From contig CAVUWD010000006.1 in assembly GCA_963745025.1 (NCBI GenBank), forward strand, positions 128,001 to 192,000: a stretch of DNA of 64,000 nt, in the 5' to 3' direction. The notes below the pieces were generated by a model, which was given only the letters and a program-made list of their open reading frames with translations, searched no databases and was not told the DNA's origin. The stretch comes from an uncultured delta proteobacterium (GTDB lineage Bacteria > Desulfobacterota > Binatia > JACPRU01). This document shows positions 50,506 to 64,000 of this stretch, piece after piece. A program made the translations under genes and the position numbers. Each line of letters opens with the position of its first letter. Positions within the stretch are counted from its first letter, which is position 1.

Positions 50506-51605
50506 ACAGCGGCCCACGCAATCCCTTCGCGAAGATTCTGTCTCGCTACCTGGTGAGCGAGTTCCTGCGCGTCGTCGCGCTCTGCCTCGTCGCGTTCATC
50601 GTGGTCTACCTGATCGCGGACTTCTCGGATCGCATCGACGACTTCCTCCGGCACCAGGCTCCCGTCGGCGCCATCGTCCGCTACTTCTTGGTGAGAATTC
50701 CGCTGATCGTGAATCAAGTCCTGCCGATCGCCGTCCTCGCCGCCATGTTGCTCAGCCTCGGGGGGTTCTCGAGGCACAACGAGCTCACGGCGATGCGCGC
50801 GTGCGGCGTGTCCTCCGCGCAGATCGTCGCACCACTGCTCGGCGTTTGCCTGGCGCTGTCCGCGTTCATCTTCGTGTGGAACGAGAAGGTGGTACCCTAC
50901 TTCGCGACCCGCGCCCACTACATCAACACGATTGAGATCAAGAAGCGTCAGATGCAGGGGTTACTCGGCGACCAGCAGGTATGGGCGCACGGCCAGGACA
51001 CCTTCTACAACATCCAATCGTTCGACGCGCGCAGTCGTACGCTCGTCGGCATCACCATCTATCCGATCGACCCGGAGTTCCACCTCAAGGGCCTGGTGGA
51101 GATCCCCAGGGCGCACTGGAACGGCACGCAGTGGGCATTCCGCCAGGGTGTGCAGCGTGTCTTCGGCTCCGACGGCGAGATTCAGACCGTCGCGCTCGAA
51201 CCGGGGACGCTCGACTTGCGAGAGAAGCCCGCCGACCTCATGGCGGCGCGGCGCGACGCCGAGGAGTTCAACTACAGCGAGCTCAGCGCTCTGATCAACA
51301 ATCTCCGCAAAAAGGGCCTCGACACGACCGAGTATCTGGTCGACCTCCACCTCAAGTTCGCCGTGCCCTTCGTCTGTACCGTGATGGCGCTGATTTCGAT
51401 GCCGCTCGGCATGCGCAACCTGCGCTCATCGAGTCTCGCCAACAACATCGGAGTGGGTCTCTTGATCGGAGCGAGCTACTGGTTCGTGCTCGCGCTCGCG
51501 GTATCGCTCGGCCACAGCGGCGCTCTGCCGCCAATCGTCGCTGCGTGGACTGCGAACGTGATCTTTGCCGGGATCGGGTCGTTTCTGTTGCTCGGAACGA
51601 CTTGA
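50502..51605 (+). CDS. lptG: LPS export ABC permease LptG
   Basis: SRHNELTAMRACGVS, LPPIVAAWTAN; ATGA overlap with lptF. Confidence 0.9.
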   Translation: MNSGPRNPFAKILSRYLVSEFLRVVALCLVAFIVVYLIADFSDRIDDFLRHQAPVGAIVRYFLVRIPLIVNQVLPIAVLAAMLLSLGGFSRHNELTAMRACGVSSAQIVAPLLGVCLALSAFIFVWNEKVVPYFATRAHYINTIEIKKRQMQGLLGDQQVWAHGQDTFYNIQSFDARSRTLVGITIYPIDPEFHLKGLVEIPRAHWNGTQWAFRQGVQRVFGSDGEIQTVALEPGTLDLREKPADLMAARRDAEEFNYSELSALINNLRKKGLDTTEYLVDLHLKFAVPFVCTVMALISMPLGMRNLRSSSLANNIGVGLLIGASYWFVLALAVSLGHSGALPPIVAAWTANVIFAGIGSFLLLGTT

Positions 51606-51607
51606 AG

Positions 51608-51661
51608 CGGGCTACAGGTTATGGAACGGCACCACGAAGTCTGTTCCCGTAGCCCGTAGTC
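51608..51661. repeat. Heptamer-armed palindromic element between convergent lptG and argC
   Basis: CGGGCTACAGGTTAT - GGAACGGCACCACGAAGTCTGTT - CCCGTAGCCCGTAGTC. Confidence 0.75.
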
Positions 51662-51664
51662 TTC

Positions 51665-52696
51665 CTACGGCACCGCCGCGATTTGATCGAGCCCCGTCCG
51701 CTCGTCGAGACCGAAGCGCACGTTCAGGTTCTGTACCGCTTGGCCGGATCCTCCCTTGCCGAGGTTGTCGATCGCCGTGACGACGATCGCCAACGGCTTC
51801 GGGTCGAGAACCGTCCAGCCGATCTGCGCGAGGTTCGTGCCACGCACGTCGCGCACCTGCGGAAACTTCCCTTCCCCGAGAAGCTGTACGAATGGCTCGC
51901 TCGCGAAGCTCGACGCGAACGCGGGCGCGAGATCGGCGACCTTTCGGAGCGGAACGTAGAGCGTGCTCAGAATCCCGCGACGAATCGGCAGCAGGTGCGG
52001 CGTGAAGATCACGTCGGATCGGCAACCGGCGGCGGCGAGCTCCTGCTCGATCTCCGGCAGGTGGCGGTGGCGTCCCACGCTGTACGCGCGGACGTTTTCC
52101 TGGATCTCGCCGAACAAGAGCTCGGTCTTGGCGACTCGCCCTGCTCCACTCGCGCCCGATTTCGAATCGACCACGATCGGGCCGTCGCCGACGATCCCAG
52201 CCCGGACGATTGGCACCAGCCCGAGCAGTGCTCCGGTCGGATAGCAACCGGGCACGGCAATGATCCTCGCTAGGCGAATACGCTCGCGTGCAAACTCGGG
52301 AATACCGTAGACGGCGTCCGCCAAGAGTCGCGGTGCCGGATGGGCTCCGTACCAGCGCTGAAACTCCGCCGCATCCTTCAAGCGGAAGTCCGCGCTGAGA
52401 TCGAAGACGACGACGTCACTCTTCAAGGCCTCGACGATCGTGGCAGCAGCGGCGCCGTGCGGCAGCCCCGAGAACACGACGTCGACGCCTTCGGCCAGCC
52501 GACTACGATCGAGCTCTTCAAGCCGGAGATCGAGACGGTCGCGAAAGGCAGGATATACGTCGGCGAGGCGCTCGCCTGCATACTGTTCGGAGGTTGCACG
52601 GCGAATGTCGACTCGTGGATGGAGCGCGAGCAGCCGCAGCAGCTCGACCCCCATGTAACCGGTTCCCCCGGCGACGGCGACGCGAATCTTGGACAT
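51665..52696 (-). CDS. argC: N-acetyl-gamma-glutamyl-phosphate reductase
   Basis: GGTGYMG, DLSADFRL, PGCYPT, IDNLGKGGSGQAVQN. Confidence 0.95.
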   Translation of the reverse strand: MSKIRVAVAGGTGYMGVELLRLLALHPRVDIRRATSEQYAGERLADVYPAFRDRLDLRLEELDRSRLAEGVDVVFSGLPHGAAAATIVEALKSDVVVFDLSADFRLKDAAEFQRWYGAHPAPRLLADAVYGIPEFARERIRLARIIAVPGCYPTGALLGLVPIVRAGIVGDGPIVVDSKSGASGAGRVAKTELLFGEIQENVRAYSVGRHRHLPEIEQELAAAGCRSDVIFTPHLLPIRRGILSTLYVPLRKVADLAPAFASSFASEPFVQLLGEGKFPQVRDVRGTNLAQIGWTVLDPKPLAIVVTAIDNLGKGGSGQAVQNLNVRFGLDERTGLDQIAAVP

Positions 52697-52710
52697 GGCA
52701 ATTCACAAGA

Positions 52711-52785
52711 AGGCTACGGGCTGCGGGCTACAGGCTACAGGAAAAGGTCTGTTGTGCCTCTCCCGTAACCCGGAACCGGTAGCCG
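52711..52785. repeat. Heptamer-armed palindromic element (RGGCTAC type)
   Basis: AGGCTAC GGGCTGC GGGCTAC AGGCTAC ... CGTAACC CGGAACC GGTAGCC. Confidence 0.75.
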
Positions 52786-52791
52786 GAGACG

Positions 52792-53190
52792 CTACCTCTT
52801 CGAGTACTGCGGACGCTTGCGGGCCTTGTGCCGGCCGTACTTCTTGCGCTCGACCTCGCGGGAGTCGCGAGTGAGGAAGCCTGCCTTCTTGAGCGGCAAA
52901 CGATGTTCTCCATCCGCCACCAAGAGAGCGCGGGTGATGCCGTGACGGAGCGCCTGGGCCTGCGCCGCGATGCCGCCGCCATGAACGTTGGCGATCACGT
53001 CGAAGCGGTTTCGCGTGTTCGTGACCTCGAAGGGCTGATGAACGACCATGCGCGAGGTCTCGCGGCCGAAGTAGTCCTCGAGGCTGCGATCGTTGATGTG
53101 GAATTTTCCCTCGCCCACCATCAATCGCACGCGCGCGACCGACGTCTTGCGCCGTCCCGTCGCCCAGAATCTTCCTTCCTGTTCCGCCAT
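52792..53190 (-). CDS. rpsI: 30S ribosomal protein S9
   Basis: [11 protein letters not shown]...[17 protein letters not shown]. Confidence 0.97.
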   Translation of the reverse strand: MAEQEGRFWATGRRKTSVARVRLMVGEGKFHINDRSLEDYFGRETSRMVVHQPFEVTNTRNRFDVIANVHGGGIAAQAQALRHGITRALLVADGEHRLPLKKAGFLTRDSREVERKKYGRHKARKRPQYSKR

Positions 53191-53313
53191 TGCTTCCTTC
53201 CTCGCAGTCGCTGGAATCCTCAGCGCAGCCTCGCGGCCGCAACCAAAACGCGCCAGTATGGGATCTCGTATCTCATTTCTTCGTGCGAAACCGTCAAATG
53301 CCGCCCGAGTCGC

Positions 53314-53760
53314 TCAGCAGACCGCGGCCAGCGGTTCGGGTTGCTGTGCTTGATGCGGATGCTCGGCGCCAGCGTAGACTTTGAGCTTCGTCGCCAGAGC
53401 CCGCGAGAGACGATTCTTCGGCAGCATGCCCGCGACCGCCCGTTCGATGAGCCGCTCCGGATGGCGGGCGCGCAGCTCCTCCGCGCGAATCGAACGCACA
53501 CCGCCCGGGAAACCGGTGTGGTGATGATAGATCTTGCCGCTCTCCTTCTTGCCGGTGAGCTTCACCTTGGCTGCATTGATCACGATCACGAAATCGCCGC
53601 AGTCCACATGGGGCGTGAACGAAGGCTTGCCCTTTCCGCGGAGCAAATTCGCCGCACGCGTCGCGAGCCGGCCGAGCACGACTCCGTCGGCGTCGAGAAC
53701 GAACCACCGCCGATTCTTGAGAGCCTGTTCCTTCGGCATGTGCACGGTCGTCTTCTTCAT
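53314..53760 (-). CDS. rplM: 50S ribosomal protein L13
   Basis: [21 protein letters not shown]. Confidence 0.97.
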   Translation of the reverse strand: MKKTTVHMPKEQALKNRRWFVLDADGVVLGRLATRAANLLRGKGKPSFTPHVDCGDFVIVINAAKVKLTGKKESGKIYHHHTGFPGGVRSIRAEELRARHPERLIERAVAGMLPKNRLSRALATKLKVYAGAEHPHQAQQPEPLAAVC

Positions 53761-53794
53761 ACGGGTTCCATCTCTTCGGTTGCTTCGACGAAAA

Positions 53795-53869
53795 CGGGGT
53801 CGACGGGACTCGAACCCGCGACCTCCTGCGTGACAGGCAGGCGTTCTAAACCAGCTGAACTACGACCCC
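53795..53869 (-). tRNA. tRNA-Asp(GTC)
   Basis: GGGGTCG...CCTGC CT GTC AC GCAGG. Confidence 0.93.
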
Positions 53870-53973
53870 TCGCATCGACTGCAATAAATACCCATGAGTT
53901 CATCGACAGCCGCTGCGGCTCGCTTCGCGACCATCGACTCCTGACTCTCGAATCGCCAACTCGGTTTCTCCAA

Positions 53974-54045
53974 TGGGCGGTATCCGATTCGAACGGATGA
54001 CCCTCTGCGTGTAAGGCAGATGCTCTCCCGCTGAGCTAACCGCCC
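53974..54045 (-). tRNA. tRNA-Val(TAC)
   Basis: GGGCGGT...TCTGC CT TAC AC GCAGA. Confidence 0.93.
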
Positions 54046-54082
54046 TATTCGTTTCGATCCCGCGCGGGACGCGAAACTGAGT

Positions 54083-54111
54083 TTCTTAACACCGGGCGGC
54101 GGCAGGGTCAA
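54083..54111 (-). promoter_or_regulatory. Sigma70-type promoter for tRNA-Val/Asp (and probably rplM-rpsI)
   Basis: TTGACC-n17-TAAGAA. Confidence 0.5.
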
Positions 54112-54192
54112 CGAATTGGCTTCGGGCTTTCGGGATTCGGGCGGCAGCAAAGGCTCGAGAAAGATCTTGCTAGCCCGACACCTGAAGCCCGA

Positions 54193-54468
54193 TCAGATGC
54201 GCAACGCTTCCTTGAGACTCTTCCCGGTCTTGAACTTGGCGGAGCGCGAAGCCGGGATCTCGATCGGCTCTCCGGTCTTCGGGTTACGGCCCGTCCGCGC
54301 CTTGCGCGTGGACACCGTGAACGTGCCGAACCCCGAGATGTTGACCTTTTCGCCCCTCTTGAGCGCTTCGGTGACGTCGCTCAGCAGAAAATCGACGAGC
54401 TCTTCGGCACGCGGGCGCGTCATCTCCGCCTTGGCAGAAAGCCGCTCGACCAGGTCCGACTTCGTCAT
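54193..54468 (-). CDS. hup: HU-family DNA-binding protein
   Basis: [22 protein letters not shown]. Confidence 0.93.
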   Translation of the reverse strand: MTKSDLVERLSAKAEMTRPRAEELVDFLLSDVTEALKRGEKVNISGFGTFTVSTRKARTGRNPKTGEPIEIPASRSAKFKTGKSLKEALRI

Positions 54469-54482
54469 CGTACCCCCTTCCC

Positions 54483-56957
<2,475 letters not shown>

Positions 56958-56989
56958 AGACATTCGTTTCCTCGGCCCTCGACCGACGC

Positions 56990-58248
<1,259 letters not shown>

Positions 58249-58257
58249 CGGCGCCCC

Positions 58258-58861
58258 CTAGACCTTCACCTTGCCCGGCCGGGTCACGATGACCTCGTCG
58301 ACGAGCCCGTACTCGACCGCCTGCTTCCCGGTCATGAAGAAGTCGCGGTCGGTGTCCTTCTCGATCTTCTTGAGGCTCTGCCCGGTGTGCTTGACGAGGA
58401 TGTTGTTCATCTGCTCGCGCAGCGCGCAGGATCTCGCGCGCCTGGATGTCGATGTCGGTCGCCTGCCCCTGCACGCCGCCGAGCGGCTGGTGGATCATGA
58501 TGCGCGCGTGCGGCAGCGCAAAGCGCTTGCCCTTCGCCCCGGCCGCCAGCAGCCACGCCGCCATGCTCGCCGCCTGCCCGAGGCAGAGCGTCGACACCTC
58601 CGGCCGGATGTACTGCATGGTGTCGTAGATCGCGAGGCCGGCGCGTCACCGAGCCGCCCGGGCGAGTTGATGTAGAGGTAGATGTCCTTCTCCGGGTCCT
58701 CGGACTCGAGGAAGAGGAGCTGGGCGACGATCAGGTTGGCGACGTCGTCGTCGATCGGCGAGCCCGAGGAAGACGATGCGGTCCTGCAGCAGCCGGGAGT
58801 AGATGTCGTAGGCGCGCTCGCCCCGACCGGTCTGCTCGATGACGATCGGAACTAGGTTCAT
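58258..58861 (-). CDS. clpP: ClpP protease (frameshifted)
   Basis: [26 protein letters not shown]. Confidence 0.92.
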
Positions 58862-58893
58862 GCGCGGGTTCGCCTTGTCTCCGCATACGAAGG

Positions 58894-60228
58894 TTAACCT
58901 TTTTCGGCTGTCGGAGCAACGACGTTCCCCGCCACCTCCGCCACCTCGATGTCCTCGATACGCGCCGAAGCGACGACTTGCTCCAGCGCGCGCTCACGAG
59001 CAATCCGGCCACGCAGCTCGGCGCGGGCGGCGGGATCGCGGTAGGCTTCGCGCAATCGCGCCGCCTGCTCTCCGGCGCGCGCTACCAGATCGGAGATGCG
59101 GCTGTCGACGTCACCCTCGGCAACTTCGATGCCGTTTTGCGTCGCGAGCGCATCGAGCGCGAGCACGGCGCGCACCTGCCGCTCCGCGCGCGGACGATAC
59201 TCGTCACGCAGCTTCTCCAGCCGCTGCGAATCACGCTCGAGCTCCGCGCGCTGCTCTCCCATGCGCGCAAGCAGATCTTCGATGAACGAGTCGACCTGGC
59301 GCTCGACGAGCGACTTCGGGACCTCGAATGCGTTGCGCGTCACGAGCTCCTCGATCAGCTGCTCGCGAACCTGCTCGTCCGCCTCACGACCGAAAGACTC
59401 TTTGAGCCGCTCGCGGAGCTTGCCACGCAGGTCCTCGAGCGTCGAGCACTCGCCGTGCTCCTTGGCGAGCTCGTCGTCCGCACGCGGCAGGACTTTCTCG
59501 CGTATGCCGCGCAGCGCGAGCTCGAAGCGCACCGTCTTGCCAGCGACGGCGTGATCCCCATGCTCCTTAGGGAATTCGACCTCGACGTCGTTCTGCTGGC
59601 CGACCTTCGCACCGATGAGCGCACGCTCGATCTCGGCGGGCACCGCGCCCTTGCCGAGCACGACGAGACGGTTCTCGCGCTTGCCGTTCGGGAGCGGCTT
59701 GCCATCGACCGAGGCCACGTAGTCGATCGCGACGAAGTCGCCCTCTTGCGCCTCGTCGCGACCCTCGAGGGGCCGCAGCTCGGCGAGCGACTCGCGAAGA
59801 TGGTCGACCGCGCGATCGACGTCGTCCTCCGAAACCACGCGACGTGGACGCTTTGCGGGCAGACCACTCGAATCGGCGATCTCGATCTTCGGAAGCACAT
59901 CGATAGTCGCGCTGTAGCGCAGCGGCTTTCCCGCCTCGATCGTCTCCGGAACGATCTCTGGAGGACCGACCGGACGGAGGCCCGTCTGTTTGACGGCGTC
60001 GGAATAGGAGTGCTCGATCAGATGCGAAAGAACGTCGGTTCGGACCTGGTCACCGAAGAATCTCTCGAGCACCGCTCGGGGGGCGTGGCCGGGCCGGAAG
60101 CCTTTGAGCTTGGCCTGACGTTGCACGCGACCGAAGGCGCGGTCGATCTCCGCGGTGACAGCATCGACCGGCACCTCCACGGCGAGCTTCCGCCGCGTCG
60201 CATTCAGTTCCTCGATTGTCACCTGCAT
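58894..60228 (-). CDS. tig: Trigger factor
   Basis: [10 protein letters not shown] ribosome-binding motif; position upstream of clpP. Confidence 0.93.
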   Translation of the reverse strand: MQVTIEELNATRRKLAVEVPVDAVTAEIDRAFGRVQRQAKLKGFRPGHAPRAVLERFFGDQVRTDVLSHLIEHSYSDAVKQTGLRPVGPPEIVPETIEAGKPLRYSATIDVLPKIEIADSSGLPAKRPRRVVSEDDVDRAVDHLRESLAELRPLEGRDEAQEGDFVAIDYVASVDGKPLPNGKRENRLVVLGKGAVPAEIERALIGAKVGQQNDVEVEFPKEHGDHAVAGKTVRFELALRGIREKVLPRADDELAKEHGECSTLEDLRGKLRERLKESFGREADEQVREQLIEELVTRNAFEVPKSLVERQVDSFIEDLLARMGEQRAELERDSQRLEKLRDEYRPRAERQVRAVLALDALATQNGIEVAEGDVDSRISDLVARAGEQAARLREAYRDPAARAELRGRIARERALEQVVASARIEDIEVAEVAGNVVAPTAEKG

Positions 60229-60276
60229 GCGTGTCGTTCTTCCTCTCTCGAGCCAACTTCGATCGCGGGCGCTTAG

Positions 60277-60358
60277 TGCGAGAGGGGGGATTTGAACCCC
60301 CATCCCTTACGGGGCCAGATCCTAAGTCTGGTGCGTCTGCCAGTTCCGCCACTCTCGC
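60277..60358 (-). tRNA. tRNA-Leu(TAG)
   Basis: GCGAGAG...CCAGA CT TAG GA TCTGG, variable arm. Confidence 0.93.
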
Positions 60359-60568
60359 GCTCGGCCTTCGACCCTCGTTTCATCGTATTTAACTTCTCGT
60401 CTGTCGAAAGCAAGTTGGAACGTCGTTCGCGCCGCGTCGTCACGCCGGCTCACGGCGAAAGCGGGGCAGTCCGCGCGCGAGTCTCTTCGTCTTGCTTTCG
60501 AGAATTCACCGTGTTAGCCGACTTCGGTCGGGTGCGGAGCCCGAGAATCGAAATGGAGATCGGACTCG

Positions 60569-60642
60569 CGGGGTGTAGCGCAGCCTGGTAGCGCACCTGC
60601 CTTGGGCGCAGGGGGTCGGAGGTTCAAATCCTCTCACCCCGA
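60569..60642 (+). tRNA. tRNA-Pro(TGG)
   Basis: CGGGGTG...CCTGC CT TGG GC GCAGG. Confidence 0.93.
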
Positions 60643-60672
60643 TCTTCGCAGCCGCTCCGTCGTCTCTACGCC

Positions 60673-60746
60673 GCGCCAGTAGCTCAGTTGGATAGAGCAA
60701 CGGCCTTCTAAGCCGTAGGTCGGGGGTTCGATTCCCTCCTGGCGCG
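60673..60746 (+). tRNA. tRNA-Arg(TCT)
   Basis: GCGCCAG...ACGGC CT TCT AA GCCGT. Confidence 0.93.
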
Positions 60747-60865
60747 TATTCTCGATTCCGACGTAGATTCGGTCCGCACCAGACTCTCGACAAGCCCCAG
60801 GGCGATGCGTAAAGAGCATGGTTACGCGACGCAGGGGATAATCGTCGACGATCTCTCGCGTGGAT

Positions 60866-60938
60866 GGTGAGTGTAGCTCAACGGTAGAGCATTGGACTGT
60901 GGCTCCAAGGGTTGTGGGTTCAAATCCCATCACTCACC
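60866..60938 (+). tRNA. tRNA-His(GTG)
   Basis: G-1 encoded; TTGGA CT GTG GC TCCAA. Confidence 0.93.
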
Positions 60939-61001
60939 CTTTGTCTCCTCGGAGCGCCAGTAGACGAATCGATTCGTACTATATAGAGGATAAGGGTTGA
61001 C

Positions 61002-61074
<73 letters not shown>

Positions 61075-61075
61075 T

Positions 61076-61105
61076 AAAAAAGGCCAGGTCATCCTGGCCT
61101 TTTTC
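61076..61105. terminator. Bidirectional intrinsic terminator
   Basis: AAAAA AGGCCAGG TCAT CCTGGCCT TTTT. Confidence 0.8.
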
Positions 61106-61231
61106 TTTGTCTGGCGCCCTGTGGCCACGCCGCCGCTGCTTCTCTTGCCGAATACCGTTCGTCGGTTAACTTCGAGCCCCCTCCGATCCACGGCTCGTAG
61201 ACGGGCAGGAACCTTCTGCGCCTTTGCGCCT

Positions 61232-63796
61232 TCAAGGAACGCTCCCAACCGTCACCGAATCGCCCGCCGCAATGATGCGGCAGAAGGGCGCGGTGCGCGG
61301 GCCCCACCAGCGGCCGACCCTAACGTGACGCCGCGAGTGCGGTACCCAGACGCCGACCTCCGCATCGTAAGTTCCGTCCGCCGCAAGCGTAAGAACGCGG
61401 CGGTCCTTGACGATTTCACCCGCGAGCCAACCGGTAGTGGTGCGCGGCGCGCCGAGTAAGGAATCGTCCTGCAAAGACTGATTGGCTGCGCGCAGGCGCA
61501 CGTACGAAGCGTATTCCTCGTCCATCGATCGCATCGCTTGCCAGTAATAGCTGATCTCGACCCGGCGCGAGCCCAAGGCCCGCCAATCGTATCCGAGGAG
61601 CTTCAAGTCGCGTCCGAAGCGCCAGCCGAGCGGAATCCGCGGCCGAAAACGCGCGGCGTCGAGGCGCTCGATCTCGCGCGCCTTCTCGGCTTCGCCGAGC
61701 GACCGATAGAGACGGCTAAGCCCAACGAGGGCCGCATCGTTCTCAGGTTCGAGCAGGCTTTGCAGGCGCAGGCGGCGCTCGGCGAGCGCAGGCGACGTCG
61801 GATCGGCGAACTCGGGCTCGACGAAAGCCACGCCCTCGGCGCCGCGGCCATACACGCCGAGCTCGCCGATGGACCACGCGTACTGGCCTTCCCCTTCGAG
61901 GCGCGTCAGTCGCACGAACCGAGCGGTCATCGGAGGGAACAGCACGTCCTGTCGCGCGCGGACGACGGTGGTGATTTGGCCGCTCCGCTCGAAGGAAAGC
62001 GGCAAGCCCGCCTCGGCCTCTTTCACGAGGCGCCAGTCGAGACCGTCTGTCGACGACTCGACGCGAAGCCTGACGAAGCCGTCGTGGGCGCGCTCGCCGC
62101 CGTCCAAGAAGACGCCGTTGACCGTCTCGAGCCGGCCTAGGTCGAGCGTTATCGAAGGGGCGGGAATCTCCGGGGGAACGGACCAGTACGTCCAGGGATC
62201 GCCGTCGATCACTTGTTCGGCCGCCGCGCTGTCCACGCTCGCGGTGATCTTCCAACCGCCGCGTCGTAGCGGCGCACGTGGTACACCGTCGTAGCGGATC
62301 GGCCAGTGGATGGCATAGCCTGGGGCATTCTTCACGGAGGCCTGGGCGTTCAGCGCGGCGAGCGTTGGCCCCGCCGGGGGCGCGCCCTGGCGGACGATGA
62401 CCGCGGGGTCGCGAAACTCCACCTCGTCCAGTGGATAGTGAGCGGCGCCATAGTCGGTGAGCACCACGCGGTCGTGCGTGAGGTACGTGGTGATCGTCGC
62501 ATCCGCGTAGTCCGCATAGCCGAAACGGACGCCGGTCTGCAGCAGCGCGTGCGCGAGCTTGTCGACCGGGCCGATGGCGCCCGGGCGCTCTCGCGACTTC
62601 TTGAAGCCGGCGCCGAGCGCGAAGATCTGTGCGCCGTAGAGCAAGATCAATCCGCTCAGTGCCATGACGCCTAAGGCCCGCGACCGGTTGGTCAACCAGG
62701 CCAACGCACCCGCGAGCAGCACCAGCGTCGAAGTGACGATCGGCAGCAGGTAGCGGGGGACGTGGAAGCGCCCCGGAAGGCCGACGGAGTAGATCGCCAC
62801 CATCGCGACGATGAGCAACACGAGCGCGAGGATCGGTTCGCTGTCCCGCACCCGCCCGCGCAACAGCGCTCCCCAAGATCGACGCAGGCCGACGATCAGG
62901 GCAATCGCGGCGATCGCTGAGCCTGCCGTCAACGCCCCCCCGAGCCAGCCGTAGACGAACCGGCCGTCGAGATCCCGAAATCCGAGCAGCATGGGAATCG
63001 CGCCCCGGATCGCGAAGTCGAAGGCGATCGCGCGACTCTCGGCCGTCTGCACGCCGCTCACGAACGAAAACGTCGGGAAGCCGTGCTGGATGTTGTAGAT
63101 CCAGAAGGGGAGACTGCCGAGCAGGAAGAACGCGAGCATCGGCACGAACGCGGACCGCAGCGGCAACCGTGGATCGTGCAGCCAGAGATAGACGCCGACC
63201 ACGGCGAAATACGGGAAGACGAGCCAGTTCGTCCAGAACGCGAGGCCGGCGACGAAGGCGATTGCGTCGAGGTGTCGGCGCTCGGAGTCGGTGGTGAGGG
63301 CGCCGTGGGTGACCCGCAGCACGAGCCAGAGAAGGATCGTGCCGAGCGCGAGCGTCTCGGGATAGTCGCCGCGGGGCGCGATCTGCTGGTACTGCACGTA
63401 GGGCGGGGCGACGGCGAGGAGCCAGGGCGCGATCGCTCCGGCAAGCTCGCCGGCGCACCGGCGGGCGACTCGACTGAGAGCGATCGCGAACAGCACGTAC
63501 CAGGGAAGCAGGCCCATCGAGAGCGTCACGTCGTTGACGCCGAAGAGCGCGAAGAACGGCGCCACCCCGAGAGCTTCGAGCGAGCCCATGTAGGCCTGTC
63601 CCCAGTAGAACGTGTAAAACTTGCCGGAGAGCGCATGCATGGCCATCAGCGCGATGACGGCGCTGTCGCTCCAGCTCTTGCCGTTTGCCGCGAAGGAAAG
63701 CGCGATGCGGATTGCCACGCCGACCACGATCGCGGCGATCAGAGAAGCGAGGGAAGCGCGATGGCCGCGAAGCGGGTTGCCCGGGAACTTCGTCAC
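61232..63796 (-). CDS. Multi-TM GT-C-type (ArnT/PMT-like) glycosyltransferase with discoidin (F5/8 type C) and C-terminal beta domain
   Basis: SDSAVIALMA.H...FYWGQAYMGSLE N-terminal motif, about 10 hydrophobic segments, WKITAS...IDGDPWTYWS...TLDLG...SSTDGLDW; GTG start in GTGA overlap. Confidence 0.75.
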   Translation of the reverse strand: MTKFPGNPLRGHRASLASLIAAIVVGVAIRIALSFAANGKSWSDSAVIALMAMHALSGKFYTFYWGQAYMGSLEALGVAPFFALFGVNDVTLSMGLLPWYVLFAIALSRVARRCAGELAGAIAPWLLAVAPPYVQYQQIAPRGDYPETLALGTILLWLVLRVTHGALTTDSERRHLDAIAFVAGLAFWTNWLVFPYFAVVGVYLWLHDPRLPLRSAFVPMLAFFLLGSLPFWIYNIQHGFPTFSFVSGVQTAESRAIAFDFAIRGAIPMLLGFRDLDGRFVYGWLGGALTAGSAIAAIALIVGLRRSWGALLRGRVRDSEPILALVLLIVAMVAIYSVGLPGRFHVPRYLLPIVTSTLVLLAGALAWLTNRSRALGVMALSGLILLYGAQIFALGAGFKKSRERPGAIGPVDKLAHALLQTGVRFGYADYADATITTYLTHDRVVLTDYGAAHYPLDEVEFRDPAVIVRQGAPPAGPTLAALNAQASVKNAPGYAIHWPIRYDGVPRAPLRRGGWKITASVDSAAAEQVIDGDPWTYWSVPPEIPAPSITLDLGRLETVNGVFLDGGERAHDGFVRLRVESSTDGLDWRLVKEAEAGLPLSFERSGQITTVVRARQDVLFPPMTARFVRLTRLEGEGQYAWSIGELGVYGRGAEGVAFVEPEFADPTSPALAERRLRLQSLLEPENDAALVGLSRLYRSLGEAEKAREIERLDAARFRPRIPLGWRFGRDLKLLGYDWRALGSRRVEISYYWQAMRSMDEEYASYVRLRAANQSLQDDSLLGAPRTTTGWLAGEIVKDRRVLTLAADGTYDAEVGVWVPHSRRHVRVGRWWGPRTAPFCRIIAAGDSVTVGSVP

Positions 63797-63999
63797 GAAG
63801 CGACCCGGACCGTGAATGCGCGCACCTCGTCGGGTCCGAACCACCCGCGGCGCAGGTGGCGCCGGTGAGCTGGGTCCCACAGTCCGACGGTCGCTGTGTA
63901 TTCGCCGGCTGGAACGTTTCCAGGCACCGTCGCGGTGAACTCGTCGCGGACGATCTCTCCCTTCACCCACTGCGACGTCGGCAGCCGACCACGAGCCGG
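63793..63999 (-). CDS. C-terminus of a paralogous membrane glycosyltransferase-like protein (5' truncated by window; not in ORF track)
   Basis: LPTSQWVKGEIVRDEF...GEYTATVGLWDPAHRRHLRRGWFGP aligns with TTGWLAGEIVKD...GTYDAEVGVWVPHSRRHVRVGRWWGP of the next gene. Confidence 0.7.
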   Translation of the reverse strand, partial: PARGRLPTSQWVKGEIVRDEFTATVPGNVPAGEYTATVGLWDPAHRRHLRRGWFGPDEVRAFTVRVAS

Positions 64000-64000
64000 C

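Noticed and set aside
53873-53938. Three CATCGAC words between tRNA-Val and tRNA-Asp
   Set aside because: Uneven spacing and a very common word in this genome

Overview
High-GC bacterial chromosome segment; the gene families suggest Candidatus Binatia/Binatota-like Deltaproteobacteria (inference). About 14-60 kb is core genome, almost all on the minus strand: alpha, spc, S10 and str ribosomal operons, two near-identical tuf genes, rpoBC, rplKAJL, nusG-secE, rlmB, lptFG, argC, rplM-rpsI and tig-clpP-clpX-lon-HU. There are 12 tRNA genes, none with an encoded CCA. The first 8 kb is a phosphate-themed accessory zone. It holds the ppk1 end, ppx/gppA, sixA, a NUDIX gene, and decayed CHAD, CYTH and cation:proton antiporter genes. 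It also holds a 248-nt ORF-less group II intron relic, a Pho-box-like promoter, and an ATGA-coupled aminolipid (ornithine-lipid-type) operon: OlsF/OlsB-type GNAT, M20 amidohydrolase, OlsG/PmtA-type methyltransferase remnant and PlsC-type acyltransferase. At 9-14 kb lie a GT2, an sxtJ/sxtI/sxtK-like carbamoyltransferase cassette and a DegT aminotransferase. The last 3 kb carries tandem GT-C-like membrane proteins. Many intergenic spacers carry a dispersed family of hairpins built from 7-bp tandem units around a shared ~25-nt core. A 162-nt inverted-repeat element with a TCAT duplication sits exactly in the rpsQ/rplN stop-start junction. Clusters of small indels in essential genes (about 10.7-11.8, 23.2-27.0 and 54.6-58.8 kb) are best explained as assembly errors. 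All alignments and folds were done by eye.
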